DNA of 64,000 nt. Origin: a virus. Shown in pieces: positions 48,205 to 57,732 of this stretch. Location of the stretch: the IMG/VR virus record IMGVR_UViG_3300028920_000694, positions 40,201 to 104,200 of that record; one strand, given 5' to 3'. The translations under genes and the position numbers were made by a program. The first letter of the stretch is position 1. Each line of letters starts with the position of its first letter. Below the pieces are notes generated by a model. The model saw nothing but the letters and a program-made list of their open reading frames with translations, ran no database searches and was not told the origin of the DNA.

Positions 48205-48311
48205 AATAAAAACACCAAAGAGCAATGCTGAGGCACTTTAATCTTACCCTTACCTAACCATAGGGTGAGAGAGATATGCTCTCAGAATCCATCTATGACA
48301 ATCCTCAGAGG
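48205..48311 (+). repeat. Dispersed quasi-palindromic element, copy E (arm variants swapped)
   Basis: CAAAGAGCAATGCTGAGGCACTTTAATCTTACCCTTAC...AGATATGCTCTCAGAATCC...ACAATCCTCAG; the spacer closely matches copy D. Confidence 0.8.
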
Positions 48312-48387
48312 TTCTGCTTCATCACTAGAAACCCCACATCCAGAGTGCATACTTATCGACAATTGCAGTAGAACATATAGGCATATT

Positions 48388-48521
48388 CCAGAATCTTCAT
48401 TTTAAGCCATTCTGAGCCACTTTAATGTTCACCCTTACTCTACCATTAGGAAGAAAAGATATTGCGTCAGCGTTGCTCTCTGTCAATCCTCAGGCAAATC
48501 TAGAGGGTATCCTAGACCCAG
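48388..48521 (+). repeat. Dispersed ~130-bp quasi-palindromic element, copy D
   Basis: Shares exact 12-, 24- and 13-nt blocks (AGCCATTCTGAG, AAAAGATATTGCGTCAGCGTTGCT, TAGAGGGTATCCT) with copy C at identical spacing. Confidence 0.9.
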
Positions 48522-48532
48522 ATTCTATATCT

Positions 48533-48550
48533 AAAAAAAAAAGAAAAAGA
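48533..48550 (-). terminator. Oligo-T terminator of the convergent - operon
   Basis: The minus strand reads TCTTTTTCTTTTTTTTTT just after the stop at 48555. Confidence 0.55.
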
Positions 48551-48554
48551 GAAT

Positions 48555-48752
48555 TTAATTAATGATTTGAAACGTCAATCCATATCTCTCTAGATTCTTA
48601 ACGAATCCATCATCTTTATTATATCCATTAATGTGTTCTTTTTGTTCTTCAAGATATTCAACTATATCATCTGCTGTTCCAAACCAAGCAACATAACTAC
48701 TATCACCACTATCAAATATCCTGTATATTGTTTCTAATTGACATATTCTCAT
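48555..48752 (-). CDS. Small hypothetical protein
   Basis: GAGGTGA SD; last gene of the - operon. Confidence 0.55.
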   Translation of the reverse strand: MRICQLETIYRIFDSGDSSYVAWFGTADDIVEYLEEQKEHINGYNKDDGFVKNLERYGLTFQIIN

Positions 48753-48771
48753 TCTTCACTCACCTCATAAA

Positions 48772-48984
48772 TTATTTTCTATATTTCTCCAGAATCCCTC
48801 TTGACATAGTTTCAAATCCCTTAAATATCTCTTTTCCATCATCATATGCTTTGTAATATGCTTCTAAATCATAGGGGAAATCAGGTTTCTCTTGACATTC
48901 ACAACAGAATCCTAGTTCATTTCCATCTTCACCCATCATAAATTCTTTACCACAGAGAATGCAATAATCTACATCTTCACACAT
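48772..48984 (-). CDS. Zinc-ribbon protein
   Basis: CILC ... CCEC; TAG-ATG coupling. Confidence 0.6.
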   Translation of the reverse strand: MCEDVDYCILCGKEFMMGEDGNELGFCCECQEKPDFPYDLEAYYKAYDDGKEIFKGFETMSRGILEKYRK

Positions 48985-49170
48985 CTATTCCACATCCTGT
49001 GACTTTAAATGTTCAAGTATATCCTGAAATTCCCAGTCATAGAATTCATCTATACAGACAGGATACCAACCCTCTGAATATCTATCTTCATCATTAGCCT
49101 CCTGAATGTATCTATCATACTCTCCAATCAAGAGCATAAGTTCTGATTTAGATATATCTGAAGGAATCAT
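48985..49170 (-). CDS. Small acidic hypothetical protein
   Basis: TAG-ATG coupling on both sides. Confidence 0.55.
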   Translation of the reverse strand: MIPSDISKSELMLLIGEYDRYIQEANDEDRYSEGWYPVCIDEFYDWEFQDILEHLKSQDVE

Positions 49171-49440
49171 CTAGTAATCACCTTCTTCAGTAAATACAAT
49201 CTTGCCATTTAAATATACATTGAAAACTTCAGCCTCAAAGTAATCTTCCACATGTTTCTTTGCCTCCTCTATGGATTTAGCCTCAAATTCTTCAGCACAA
49301 TTGCCATCTAACCATCCATCTGGCTCTATCCAATGGTGGACATAAGGATATGAATCTAGTATCTTCTTAATACCTTCTTCAGCAGTATCTCCCCAATTCT
49401 CTGGATTATGACATTCTGTCCAACTAATAGTGAATTTCAT
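49171..49440 (-). CDS. Small acidic hypothetical protein
   Basis: Translationally coupled ORF. Confidence 0.55.
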   Translation of the reverse strand: MKFTISWTECHNPENWGDTAEEGIKKILDSYPYVHHWIEPDGWLDGNCAEEFEAKSIEEAKKHVEDYFEAEVFNVYLNGKIVFTEEGDY

Positions 49441-49859
49441 TCTTCAACCTCCTCATCCATAAGACACATTTCATTTGGACAATAGAAATATCCTTTCTTA
49501 TCTGGAATCTCTAGCATTTCACTACCACAAGCCCAACATTTCATTCAATCACCCACCAAAGTCTTAACTCTTTTCAAATCTGGATTCATGTCTACCACTT
49601 CAAATTCAATATCATCTAGCCAGAAGGTATCACCTATCTGGAAATCAGATTTAGATACAGCATTTATAAATTCTTCTATCTTCATCCTATCACCCATCAC
49701 ACCTGAATGTAAGTTCTCTTTCTATTCCCAGAATCCTAGAGAGTGCTTGAACTTCATCATCTGAACTGTCTTTGCCATGTGTAAGATAATTCCAGAGTTC
49801 ATCAAATTCCTTCATCAATTCCTCATTAGTCATATCTTCATAATCTTTGCTCATTCATA

Positions 49860-50423
49860 TCACCAACTAGAATGATAATATAATTCATAATCATCAGGCA
49901 ATTTAAGACACCTCTCAATGATTTCAATAGTCAGTTCAATATCTTTCATATACCATTGGTCATAATCAGTAGAGCCAAAGAAGAACCCTTCCTCTGTTGG
50001 TAAGAGCCTCTGTGCAGTAGTTGAATCAACTATATATTCACCTGCTTCAAGTATAGGAACTCTCCCACTTTCCTCTATTCTATATCCATTAGTAACTGTT
50101 CCCTCTCTCATCTCTGAATCTTTAACTACCTGCTTACATAGTTCTAATAGTTCTTTTAATTGTTCTCTAGATACATAACTATCTCTGCAATCATCATTTC
50201 CATCCTGACAGTTATCCACAAACCACTTGTGTATATGATTAGCCTTTCTCCAATAGCCTACCTCATGCCTGATAGTTATACTGTCTAAGTTATCTGTCTT
50301 AATCATCTCTGGAAATATATCTCTAATCTGCTGATTCTCTGGATTAATCACTTTCTTGTGGTCTTTAGTGTAGTCATATCCTGAAATATACTTTTCTGCA
50401 TACAGATACATATCTAATCCCAT
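49860..50423 (-). CDS. Conserved phage protein of unknown function
   Basis: MGLDMY...YWRKANHIHKWF...LLPT.EGFFFGS..YD...YYHSSW, a widespread phage family signature. Confidence 0.75.
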   Translation of the reverse strand: MGLDMYLYAEKYISGYDYTKDHKKVINPENQQIRDIFPEMIKTDNLDSITIRHEVGYWRKANHIHKWFVDNCQDGNDDCRDSYVSREQLKELLELCKQVVKDSEMREGTVTNGYRIEESGRVPILEAGEYIVDSTTAQRLLPTEEGFFFGSTDYDQWYMKDIELTIEIIERCLKLPDDYELYYHSSW

Positions 50424-50591
50424 TTATTTCACCTTCTCTAATTTAGATATTAAATCTTTCAGGAAAGATATATCTTCTTTCCATTCATCATCATTATTGT
50501 AACCATCTTTTGAAGTTTCAGCAATTTCTAATTCTGTAATCATAGCCCAATAAATTCTCTTTAATTCTTCACCTGTTAAGTCTAATTCCAT

Positions 50592-50798
50592 CTATTGTTC
50601 CCCCTCTGGATAATATTCTAATCTAGTTCTACATTTAGCACATCTCTGTTCAAATTCTACATTATCTATATTAGAATCATATAGAGCATAGTAAGTTCCA
50701 TCCCATTCTCTTTGTTCTTCAATAGGCTCTGTGTACATCTCAATTATCTTATCTGGATATACTTTACATTGTGGACAATAAAGAACTTTCTTATTCAT
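50592..50798 (-). CDS. Zinc-ribbon protein
   Basis: CPQC ... CAKC; the ATG overlaps the upstream TAA. Confidence 0.6.
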   Translation of the reverse strand: MNKKVLYCPQCKVYPDKIIEMYTEPIEEQREWDGTYYALYDSNIDNVEFEQRCAKCRTRLEYYPEGEQ

Positions 50799-50917
50799 TA
50801 TTCTTTCACCTCTGCTAAAGTCATTATAAATTCCTTCCATGTAAGTCCACTTGCCTCTTTTGGAACATTCAATCTATCAAACTCTGAATCTTCTAGATGT
50901 AGTTTAATCATTTTCAT
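50798..50917 (-). CDS. Ribbon-helix-helix-like small DNA-binding protein (39 aa)
   Basis: MKMIKLHLEDSEFDRL...KEASGLTWKEFIM, a CopG/RHH pattern; GGAGG SD. Confidence 0.5.
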   Translation of the reverse strand: MKMIKLHLEDSEFDRLNVPKEASGLTWKEFIMTLAEVKE

Positions 50918-51215
50918 ATTCAAATCCCTCCTCATTAAAGAATACATCTCTAGCAAAGTATAGATATTCTTCTTCATCTTCAATGATTCCATCATCTTTC
51001 TCTAATCCTGCTTTCTCTAGAATAGGTCTAACTACTTCCCAGAGCCTATCATTCAATACTTCATCTAGATAATCCATTTCGCCTTCAACAGCTTCTTTTA
51101 TTTGTTCTTTCAAATTTCTTGGTATTTTCAATATATCACCAACCACCCTAATGCGTTTGGGGTATATAAACCTTCCTACTGACTTACCTACTGCCGAAAA
51201 TGTATATAAACTCAT
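50904..51215 (-). CDS. Acidic hypothetical protein
   Basis: First ORF of the - operon. Confidence 0.5.
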   Translation of the reverse strand: MSLYTFSAVGKSVGRFIYPKRIRVVGDILKIPRNLKEQIKEAVEGEMDYLDEVLNDRLWEVVRPILEKAGLEKDDGIIEDEEEYLYFARDVFFNEEGFEYEND

Positions 51216-51904
51216 GCTCTATTAGGGTATCAGAATGAAAGACAGAATCTCAATCATATACACCAAAGTAAATGGATTTGATGGCTTGGTGTATGTAAAT
51301 AAGAAATTACATCGTGATTCAAAAGATTCACAAAAGGTGATTAGGAATCGTGATTCAGATTCTTGGAGAGATTCTTCTGAATCAAAAACTATATATACCC
51401 CAAATGACATATAGGTATATGAAAAAACACATAAAAAAGGTGATTAGAAAATGAAGAGAAAAATGTATTCACTAGCAGAAGAAATTGGAATAGTCTTTAA
51501 GCAAGGCTGGAGGCAGATGAATGAACACCAACAGAATCAGATAGTTAAGGCTCTGACTCTGAAGAATCGAGAAGATGTAGAACATGTATTAGATAGTTTG
51601 GAGAAGTTGAAATGAAACTCACATATGAGCAAGAGGATCTGATTCTAGAGCAAGGATTAGAGAGATGGAGGAAAGAAAGAGATGAAAGTTAGGGATTATG
51701 CAGAATGTCTGTTCATGGATTGGTCTAAAGAGGCACTGGTAGATGTGATTCTGGATAAGATGACTAAAGCAGATATGATTCAGTTCATTATGGGACAAGA
51801 CTTGAATGCAGATAAGAATCTAGTTGAGTGTGATGACCTGGAGCTTGGGGATTTATGAAAAAGAAGATTCCAGAAGTGATTGAGATAGTGTTTGTTCAGG
51901 AGAT

Positions 51905-52345
51905 GTGATAATTATCCAAACATTCCTACCATATGAAGATTTTGAAGAGACTGCTAAATGTCTGGACTATAGAAGATTAGGTAAACAGAGAATTGAAGCA
52001 AAGCAGATAATTAATCTACTTGAGAAACATGACAGGGGAGAAGATATATCTAAGGAACCATGGGGTAATCATCCTGCTGTAAAGATGTGGATGGAATGCA
52101 CACTTGCCTTGAAGATATACTACAATGCAATAGTTCAAGAATGGATTGATAGAGGATACAAGAATACTCTACCTCTATATCATATAGAAAGAGGTCAATG
52201 CTACAGAATACCTGATGTGATGGGGAATCAAGAGTTCCATGATTCACACAGGTCTAATCTGCTAAGAAAGGACAAGGAGTTCTACTCTAAATATGGATGG
52301 AATGTTCCAGATGATTTAAAGTATATATGGAGAGTGAAGAAATGA
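51905..52345 (+). CDS. Pyrimidine-dimer DNA glycosylase-like protein (T4 DenV / MSMEG_6728 family)
   Basis: QTFLPY..F...A..LD.RRLGKQR.EA.QI, HPAVKMW, EW..RGY, SHRSNLLRKD..FY. Confidence 0.8.
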   Translation: MIIIQTFLPYEDFEETAKCLDYRRLGKQRIEAKQIINLLEKHDRGEDISKEPWGNHPAVKMWMECTLALKIYYNAIVQEWIDRGYKNTLPLYHIERGQCYRIPDVMGNQEFHDSHRSNLLRKDKEFYSKYGWNVPDDLKYIWRVKK

Positions 52346-52637
52346 GAAAGAGATGGAGAAGAATCATTGCTATAATCATGACACTTATTCTGATATTCCT
52401 AATCATCACTGTTCTTGGAGGAGATGGATCTTCAATCAATAGTGCAGAGATAGGTCAAGGATATGGAGTGTGAATAGAATGAGAAGAATAATGTTTAAGT
52501 GTCCTGAATGTGGGAATGTCTACCTACCTAAAAGAATACAGATATGGGTAGATATAACTACGCACCTGATTGTGAGTGTAGCAAGTTTCTTTGCTGGTGT
52601 AGTTTATTGGAGTTGATAGAATAAGGGGTGATTTAAT

Positions 52638-53222
52638 ATAACTAAAGTATATTTCACAGCAGATACTCACTTCAATCATGCAAACATCATTGCATACACA
52701 AACAGACCATATGCTAAAAAGGATAGGGATTATTTCATCCTAGATGATGGAAATGTAGTGTGGAAATCAGATAAAGTCAAATTTGATAGGTGCAGATATA
52801 TGAATGAGGATCTGATTGAGAAGTGGAACTCTGTTGTGGAACCTGAAGATGTTGTTTATCATCTAGGTGATTTTGGATTTCTCAACTCCAAAGAATATGA
52901 TGAGTTTCTTAATAGATTGAATGGAAGAATTGTTTTGTTCAGTGGAAATCATGACAAGCAGAATAAGATAAAGGGTTATCTTGAGATGGCTATGATGGAA
53001 TTTGGAAGCAAGAAGGTATTTGCACAGCATACACCACCTCAGATAATTCCTGAATGTGATTTCTGCATATGTGGGCATGTTCATGATAAGTGGAAACATA
53101 AAGTCTACAGGAAGCAACCAAATATACCAATCATCAATGTTGGGGTGGATGTTTGGAATCATCAACCTGTATCAACATTGAGCTTGTTGAAATATTATAA
53201 TGAAATATTAAAGGAGATGTGA
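52638..53222 (+). CDS. Calcineurin-like metallophosphoesterase (ATA start inferred)
   Basis: Motif I FTADTHF lies upstream of the tracked GTG, followed by HLGDF, GNHD, QH and GHVH. Only an ATA lies between the in-frame TGA (52629) and motif I, after a GGGGTGA SD. Confidence 0.88.
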   Translation: MTKVYFTADTHFNHANIIAYTNRPYAKKDRDYFILDDGNVVWKSDKVKFDRCRYMNEDLIEKWNSVVEPEDVVYHLGDFGFLNSKEYDEFLNRLNGRIVLFSGNHDKQNKIKGYLEMAMMEFGSKKVFAQHTPPQIIPECDFCICGHVHDKWKHKVYRKQPNIPIINVGVDVWNHQPVSTLSLLKYYNEILKEM

Positions 53223-53294
53223 TTATAATGAATGTCAAAAGATTAAGGGAACTAGATGAAAATCATCATCTATATAGATATTATGTAGAAGGAT

Positions 53295-53510
53295 ATGGGA
53301 TTTAGAATGAATAAGATACAGTTTATATGCCCTAAATGTGAGTGTATAGGAATCATAGGGGTAGAAGATATAGTTAATCATGCAGTCATCTGTGGAGCAT
53401 GTGGCAAGTCATTTCATCTGCTGGAGAGCCAGTGGAATGTGATGCCACAATTCGATATGTTTAGTAAGAACAATAAAAATAGGAATAACTGGAGTGATTT
53501 GAATGAATAA
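53295..53510 (+). CDS. Zinc-ribbon protein
   Basis: CPKC ... CGAC. Confidence 0.55.
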   Translation: MGFRMNKIQFICPKCECIGIIGVEDIVNHAVICGACGKSFHLLESQWNVMPQFDMFSKNNKNRNNWSDLNE

Positions 53511-53691
53511 GAAAATGAATGATGAAGTATTTAAGAAGACAGTCTTAACAAGTCTGTTGAGACTGCTTGAGGAGAGATTGATTGACTTGGAGAGATATCG
53601 AGTCTATAATGGAAGGCTGGATAAGGAGATTCTGGACACAAGGAATGATATAAATAGATATAAAAGATTGTTGGAGGAATTAGATGGTTAA
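53503..53691 (+). CDS. Small helical hypothetical protein
   Basis: Translationally coupled ORF. Confidence 0.5.
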   Translation: MNKKMNDEVFKKTVLTSLLRLLEERLIDLERYRVYNGRLDKEILDTRNDINRYKRLLEELDG

Positions 53692-53878
53692 GATAGGAGA
53701 TAAGATAAAGACTGAGCATGGAAAGACTGGAACAGTGGTGGACATACATGACACAGATGATGGAAGATACGTGATTCTCTACAAGAAGAGGAAAAATCTA
53801 CGTGCTTTAGTTGAAGGTGATGAGGAATTCAAAGTCATTAGAGGAACCAAAAACTATATAAAGGACAATAAGTTATAA
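53684..53878 (+). CDS. Small SH3/KOW-like beta protein
   Basis: KIGDKIKTEHGKTGTVVDI pattern. Confidence 0.45.
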   Translation: MVKIGDKIKTEHGKTGTVVDIHDTDDGRYVILYKKRKNLRALVEGDEEFKVIRGTKNYIKDNKL

Positions 53879-53895
53879 AAGGACAGTGAAGAGAA

Positions 53896-54834
53896 GTGAA
53901 AAAGAAAAAGATTGAATTTAAGGTGAATGAAGATTATTCTAAATGGTGTTTTAGATTAGATGTTGCAGACTATGGTAGACTAGAAAAAAGTATAAAGAAG
54001 AATGGAATCAAAACAGAGCTTCATGTTCTTCCTGATGGAACCATTCTCTGTGGGCATCACAGATATGAAATAGCCAAGAAACTAGGAATTCCAGATGAAA
54101 AAATTCCATATAAAATAATTGATTTACCAAATGAATACGATAGATTACTTTACTTAATTGATGATAATCTATCAAGAAGACAATTAAATCTAGCACAGAA
54201 GATTAGATTAGGAACTCAATATGAAGAGATTGAGAAGGTGAAAGCGAAACAGAGACAGAAAGAACATGGTGGAACAGCACCTGGTAAGGAAAAAGACACT
54301 TCGGGAAATATTTCCCAGAGTGATACAGGTCGAGCAAGAGACAAAGTCGGAGAGAAGATAGGGGTATCTGGTAAGCTCTATGATATGGGTAAAACAGTAA
54401 TGGAAGAAAACCCAGAAGATTTCAAGAGAGCTGAAGCTGGTGAAGTATCTATTAGTAAGTTATATTCAGAAATTCAGGAAGAAAAAGCAAAAAAGAAGAT
54501 ACAAGAGATGAAAGAGAGTTGGAGTAGGATTAATACTGAACCTAATCCTAAAAATGATTTAAGAGAGATTTATCGAGTATACTATGAAGGGCTATTTGAA
54601 TTTGGAGAGGCATTAGTTGATGCACTCTCTAACTTTGAATTCATCACGAAAGAGGAATTTATGGGTGGTGAGGAAATTAATCTAACGAAGATAACTAAAT
54701 CTATTATAGATGATGACTACTTTATAGATGAGAAGGATAAGTCACTTGAATTACTCAAAAATCTAACAAAGAAAATGGAGAATGCAATCAAATCATGTAA
54801 GAAAATATTAAAATATAATGATATGGAGGAATAA
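53896..54834 (+). CDS. ParB/Srx-like domain protein with an HTH
   Basis: RLEKSIKKNGI...TILCGHHRY.IAK.LG, DNLSRRQLN..QK, RARDKVGEKIGVSG. Confidence 0.85.
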   Translation: MKKKKIEFKVNEDYSKWCFRLDVADYGRLEKSIKKNGIKTELHVLPDGTILCGHHRYEIAKKLGIPDEKIPYKIIDLPNEYDRLLYLIDDNLSRRQLNLAQKIRLGTQYEEIEKVKAKQRQKEHGGTAPGKEKDTSGNISQSDTGRARDKVGEKIGVSGKLYDMGKTVMEENPEDFKRAEAGEVSISKLYSEIQEEKAKKKIQEMKESWSRINTEPNPKNDLREIYRVYYEGLFEFGEALVDALSNFEFITKEEFMGGEEINLTKITKSIIDDDYFIDEKDKSLELLKNLTKKMENAIKSCKKILKYNDMEE

Positions 54835-54835
54835 A

Positions 54836-55087
54836 ATGTTCTGTAAAGAATGTAAAACATTGATGTATCCAAAAGAAGATATGTTTATATGTCCAAAATG
54901 TGGATTGAAAAAGAAAAAGAATAAGAGAATTCAGATTATTTCTCATCAACTTGAAACTGAAGAGATAGAAGTATATAATGACAACCCAATTAAGAAAAAG
55001 ATGGAAGAGATTGATGAGGAGATAGATGGATATTTCTTTAAGAAACATGAAAACAAAGATAAAAAAGAGGAGATTGATGAAGAGTAA
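54836..55087 (+). CDS. Truncated TFS/RpoM-like protein (N-terminal zinc ribbon only)
   Basis: MFCKECKTLMYPKEDMFICPKCG matches the archaeal TFS N-ribbon (FCPKCG.LM.P....VC.KCG). The second ribbon and the catalytic DE hairpin are absent, replaced by an acidic tail. Confidence 0.7.
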   Translation: MFCKECKTLMYPKEDMFICPKCGLKKKKNKRIQIISHQLETEEIEVYNDNPIKKKMEEIDEEIDGYFFKKHENKDKKEEIDEE

Positions 55088-55655
55088 ATTTAAAGGCAGG
55101 TCAACTAGAACGAGTGGATGGGAGACACAAACTAATTATGATTGGATGCTTTCAGATTTGGATGTTTCTAGTCTACGATTCTTAAGTGATGAATATACAA
55201 AGAGGATAAGAGATTTTTCTAATCATTTTGATTTAGGAGACAAAGAAACCCAACATGAATATCAAGAACTCTTACAGAGAAAAAAGATGATTATTGAGGA
55301 ACTGGATCATAGATATATGGACATTTACGCTTCACCATCATATCAGGATAGAGAAAAATATTTTGATTCAGAGACTGGTTTAGTTCTGGATGAGAATAAT
55401 AATATTCTATATGGAGTATCACTTAATGAAAATGAGGATGATTATGTTTATCATCACATAGAGACTGAGCATAGAACTGAAGGCTCATATGATACATCTA
55501 AAGATATATTTGATGACATCACAAATGATATAGAAATAATACCTATGAAAGTTGGAAAGAAAGTAATTGGATTAAAAGTAATTGAGAAAGAAAGAAGTCT
55601 CAAAGATGTATACAGTGATTGGAACTATTACGAGAATGAAGAAGAAGAGAACTAG
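55077..55655 (+). CDS. Acidic hypothetical protein
   Basis: GAGGAG SD; overlaps the TFS-like gene. Confidence 0.55.
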   Translation: MKSKFKGRSTRTSGWETQTNYDWMLSDLDVSSLRFLSDEYTKRIRDFSNHFDLGDKETQHEYQELLQRKKMIIEELDHRYMDIYASPSYQDREKYFDSETGLVLDENNNILYGVSLNENEDDYVYHHIETEHRTEGSYDTSKDIFDDITNDIEIIPMKVGKKVIGLKVIEKERSLKDVYSDWNYYENEEEEN

Positions 55656-55956
55656 TATTGATAAAGGTAGGACTATATTAACAACAACAACGAAAGAGAT
55701 TGTGTTTGGACCCAAAAGAGCAGAAGAGATAGAGGTAGTTAATGAAGAACCTAGGTCTGCTAGAGCAAACAAAAGGAATTGGGATATGTGGAAATTTGCA
55801 GAGGAATTGAATCCAGAGGAGATTCAGTTTCTGATAACAAGAAGAAAAGAAAAATTAAGATATGAAACTAACACAGATGAGGTTAGGAATTTGAGGACTG
55901 ATATAAGCATTCTTGAGGATGCATATAGAATAATTAAACGTAGGAGAAAGAAATGA
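55582..55956 (+). CDS. Hypothetical protein
   Basis: ORF within the operon; start uncertain. Confidence 0.45.
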   Translation: MRKKEVSKMYTVIGTITRMKKKRTSIDKGRTILTTTTKEIVFGPKRAEEIEVVNEEPRSARANKRNWDMWKFAEELNPEEIQFLITRRKEKLRYETNTDEVRNLRTDISILEDAYRIIKRRRKK

Positions 55957-56168
55957 AATTAATCAAGACAGTATTTGAAGGAGTGGATGATGGAGTTGGA
56001 TTGTTAATTGCAGGACTAATTACAGTTGCAATCCTTCTGGTGATTGGAATAGTGATCGGAATGATAGAATATTGGTTGCTTGGAATTGCATTTCCAGAAT
56101 ATGTTACCTTTGGGTGGCATTGGTGGAGATTTCTTGCATTGGGATTATTATCAATTGTATTTGTATGA
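55953..56168 (+). CDS. Small membrane protein
   Basis: Two long hydrophobic segments. Confidence 0.55.
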   Translation: MKLIKTVFEGVDDGVGLLIAGLITVAILLVIGIVIGMIEYWLLGIAFPEYVTFGWHWWRFLALGLLSIVFV

Positions 56169-56180
56169 GGTGAAGAAAAA

Positions 56181-56906
56181 ATGGCTAAGTTTTTAAATCC
56201 AGAAGATTTGAATAAGATATTGAAAGAGAAGAGGAAACCACAATACTTCTTTCAGAGGACAAGAAAGACAGATAGAGAAGAGTTTGCAGACTTCTATGAG
56301 AATGATGACTCAGTGATTATTACATTCACTACAAACATAGCAGAGATAGAACCAAATAAGGAAGACCTAATAGGTAGAATATGGGAACCTAATCTAAAGG
56401 ACAAGGATGGGAATCCTAAGATAGACAAGTTCACAGGCAAGGTGATGGAGGCATGGTCTAAGTTTGAGGCTAAGTGTGTCATCAATGATACAGAGATAGT
56501 ATATGGATTCGGAAGTGATTGGGCTTCTCTACTTAGGGGAGTTGCTAATGAGATGCTCAAAAACGACATCAAAGACTTGACTGGAACCAGATGGAAGATT
56601 AGATGTATAGATATCAATAAGTATAACTGGGATATAGAATATATAGGCAAGGGAGATAAACCTGCACCTAAGCCTACAAAAGAAGACAAAAAAGATGATT
56701 CAACATATGATAAGGCAGTTGAGGCAATAAAGAGGATGGCACAGAGGAACAAGGCAAAGATACTTGCAGGATTAGATGAGGATGAATTTGCACCTGCTAT
56801 TGGATTGATGATTGAAGTGGATCCAAAGGAGATTCAAAAGATGATTCCTCAGTTAATTGAAAATGATGTAATTTCTGTTGAAGAAGATAAGATATATATA
56901 CAATAG
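56181..56906 (+). CDS. Putative single-stranded DNA-binding protein (beta-rich N-terminal domain plus C-terminal winged helix)
   Basis: Beta-rich N-terminal domain, Lys/Pro linker, and C-terminal DPKEIQKMIPQLIENDVISVEEDKIY wHTH, the layout of RPA32; lies in the replication block. Confidence 0.45.
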   Translation: MAKFLNPEDLNKILKEKRKPQYFFQRTRKTDREEFADFYENDDSVIITFTTNIAEIEPNKEDLIGRIWEPNLKDKDGNPKIDKFTGKVMEAWSKFEAKCVINDTEIVYGFGSDWASLLRGVANEMLKNDIKDLTGTRWKIRCIDINKYNWDIEYIGKGDKPAPKPTKEDKKDDSTYDKAVEAIKRMAQRNKAKILAGLDEDEFAPAIGLMIEVDPKEIQKMIPQLIENDVISVEEDKIYIQ

Positions 56907-56919
56907 GAGAAAAAAGAAA

Positions 56920-57549
56920 ATGGAAAAGAAAGATGGCATAGTTGCAGTTCTGCTAATCATTGCATTGATGATTGGAGGAGTTGCTCTATGGATAGGAAAC
57001 ATAAATGATGAAGAGTTTAGAACAAACCTGAATGAAATAGAACTAACTCCAGGACCAGAAGGAATTCCTGGAATACAAGGACCTCAAGGTGAGAAAGGAG
57101 ATAAAGGAGACACTGGAGATACTGGACCTCAAGGACCACAAGGAGAACAAGGTGAAAGAGGAAAGAGAGGACCACAAGGACCAGCAGGTGAAGATTTAGA
57201 ACCTAATGAAGCACCTGTCATATATGTAAATGATTCTGCTAGTTATGTTGAAGGATGTTGGTGGAATGATGACTTTGTATTCTGCATAGATATATCCACC
57301 ACAGATTTAGAGAATGACTACAGAAAAATAACTGTGTATTATAGATATGACACAGAAGATGAGTGGAACATCCATGAATCATATCCATTCTTAGATGATG
57401 AAGCATACCTAAGCATTTGCAAAGAGAAGAGTGGCAACTGCTATTGGGGTGAGAAGACAATCCACTGGTTGATTGAAGTTATGGATGGAGAGAATCTGGT
57501 ATATCTAAACTGGGACACAACCTTGCTTAAGGAACATTGTCCTGATTAG
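56920..57549 (+). CDS. Membrane-anchored collagen-like protein
   Basis: N-terminal TM helix, about 16 consecutive Gly-X-Y triplets, and an Ig-like C-terminal domain. Confidence 0.8.
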   Translation: MEKKDGIVAVLLIIALMIGGVALWIGNINDEEFRTNLNEIELTPGPEGIPGIQGPQGEKGDKGDTGDTGPQGPQGEQGERGKRGPQGPAGEDLEPNEAPVIYVNDSASYVEGCWWNDDFVFCIDISTTDLENDYRKITVYYRYDTEDEWNIHESYPFLDDEAYLSICKEKSGNCYWGEKTIHWLIEVMDGENLVYLNWDTTLLKEHCPD

Positions 57550-57732
57550 ATGTGGAGCAGACTAGTAGCTTATGGAATGTGCATAGGAATAGAGATAATG
57601 GTTGGGCTGATTGGTTCACCATTTCTCTTGCTCTATACAGTATATCTAATATTTAGAGGAATGTTTAAGTATGAAAGAGGCATTTCTGGGTTCACTTCCA
57701 GACTTGCTTATAAATAAAAGGAGAAATGAAAA

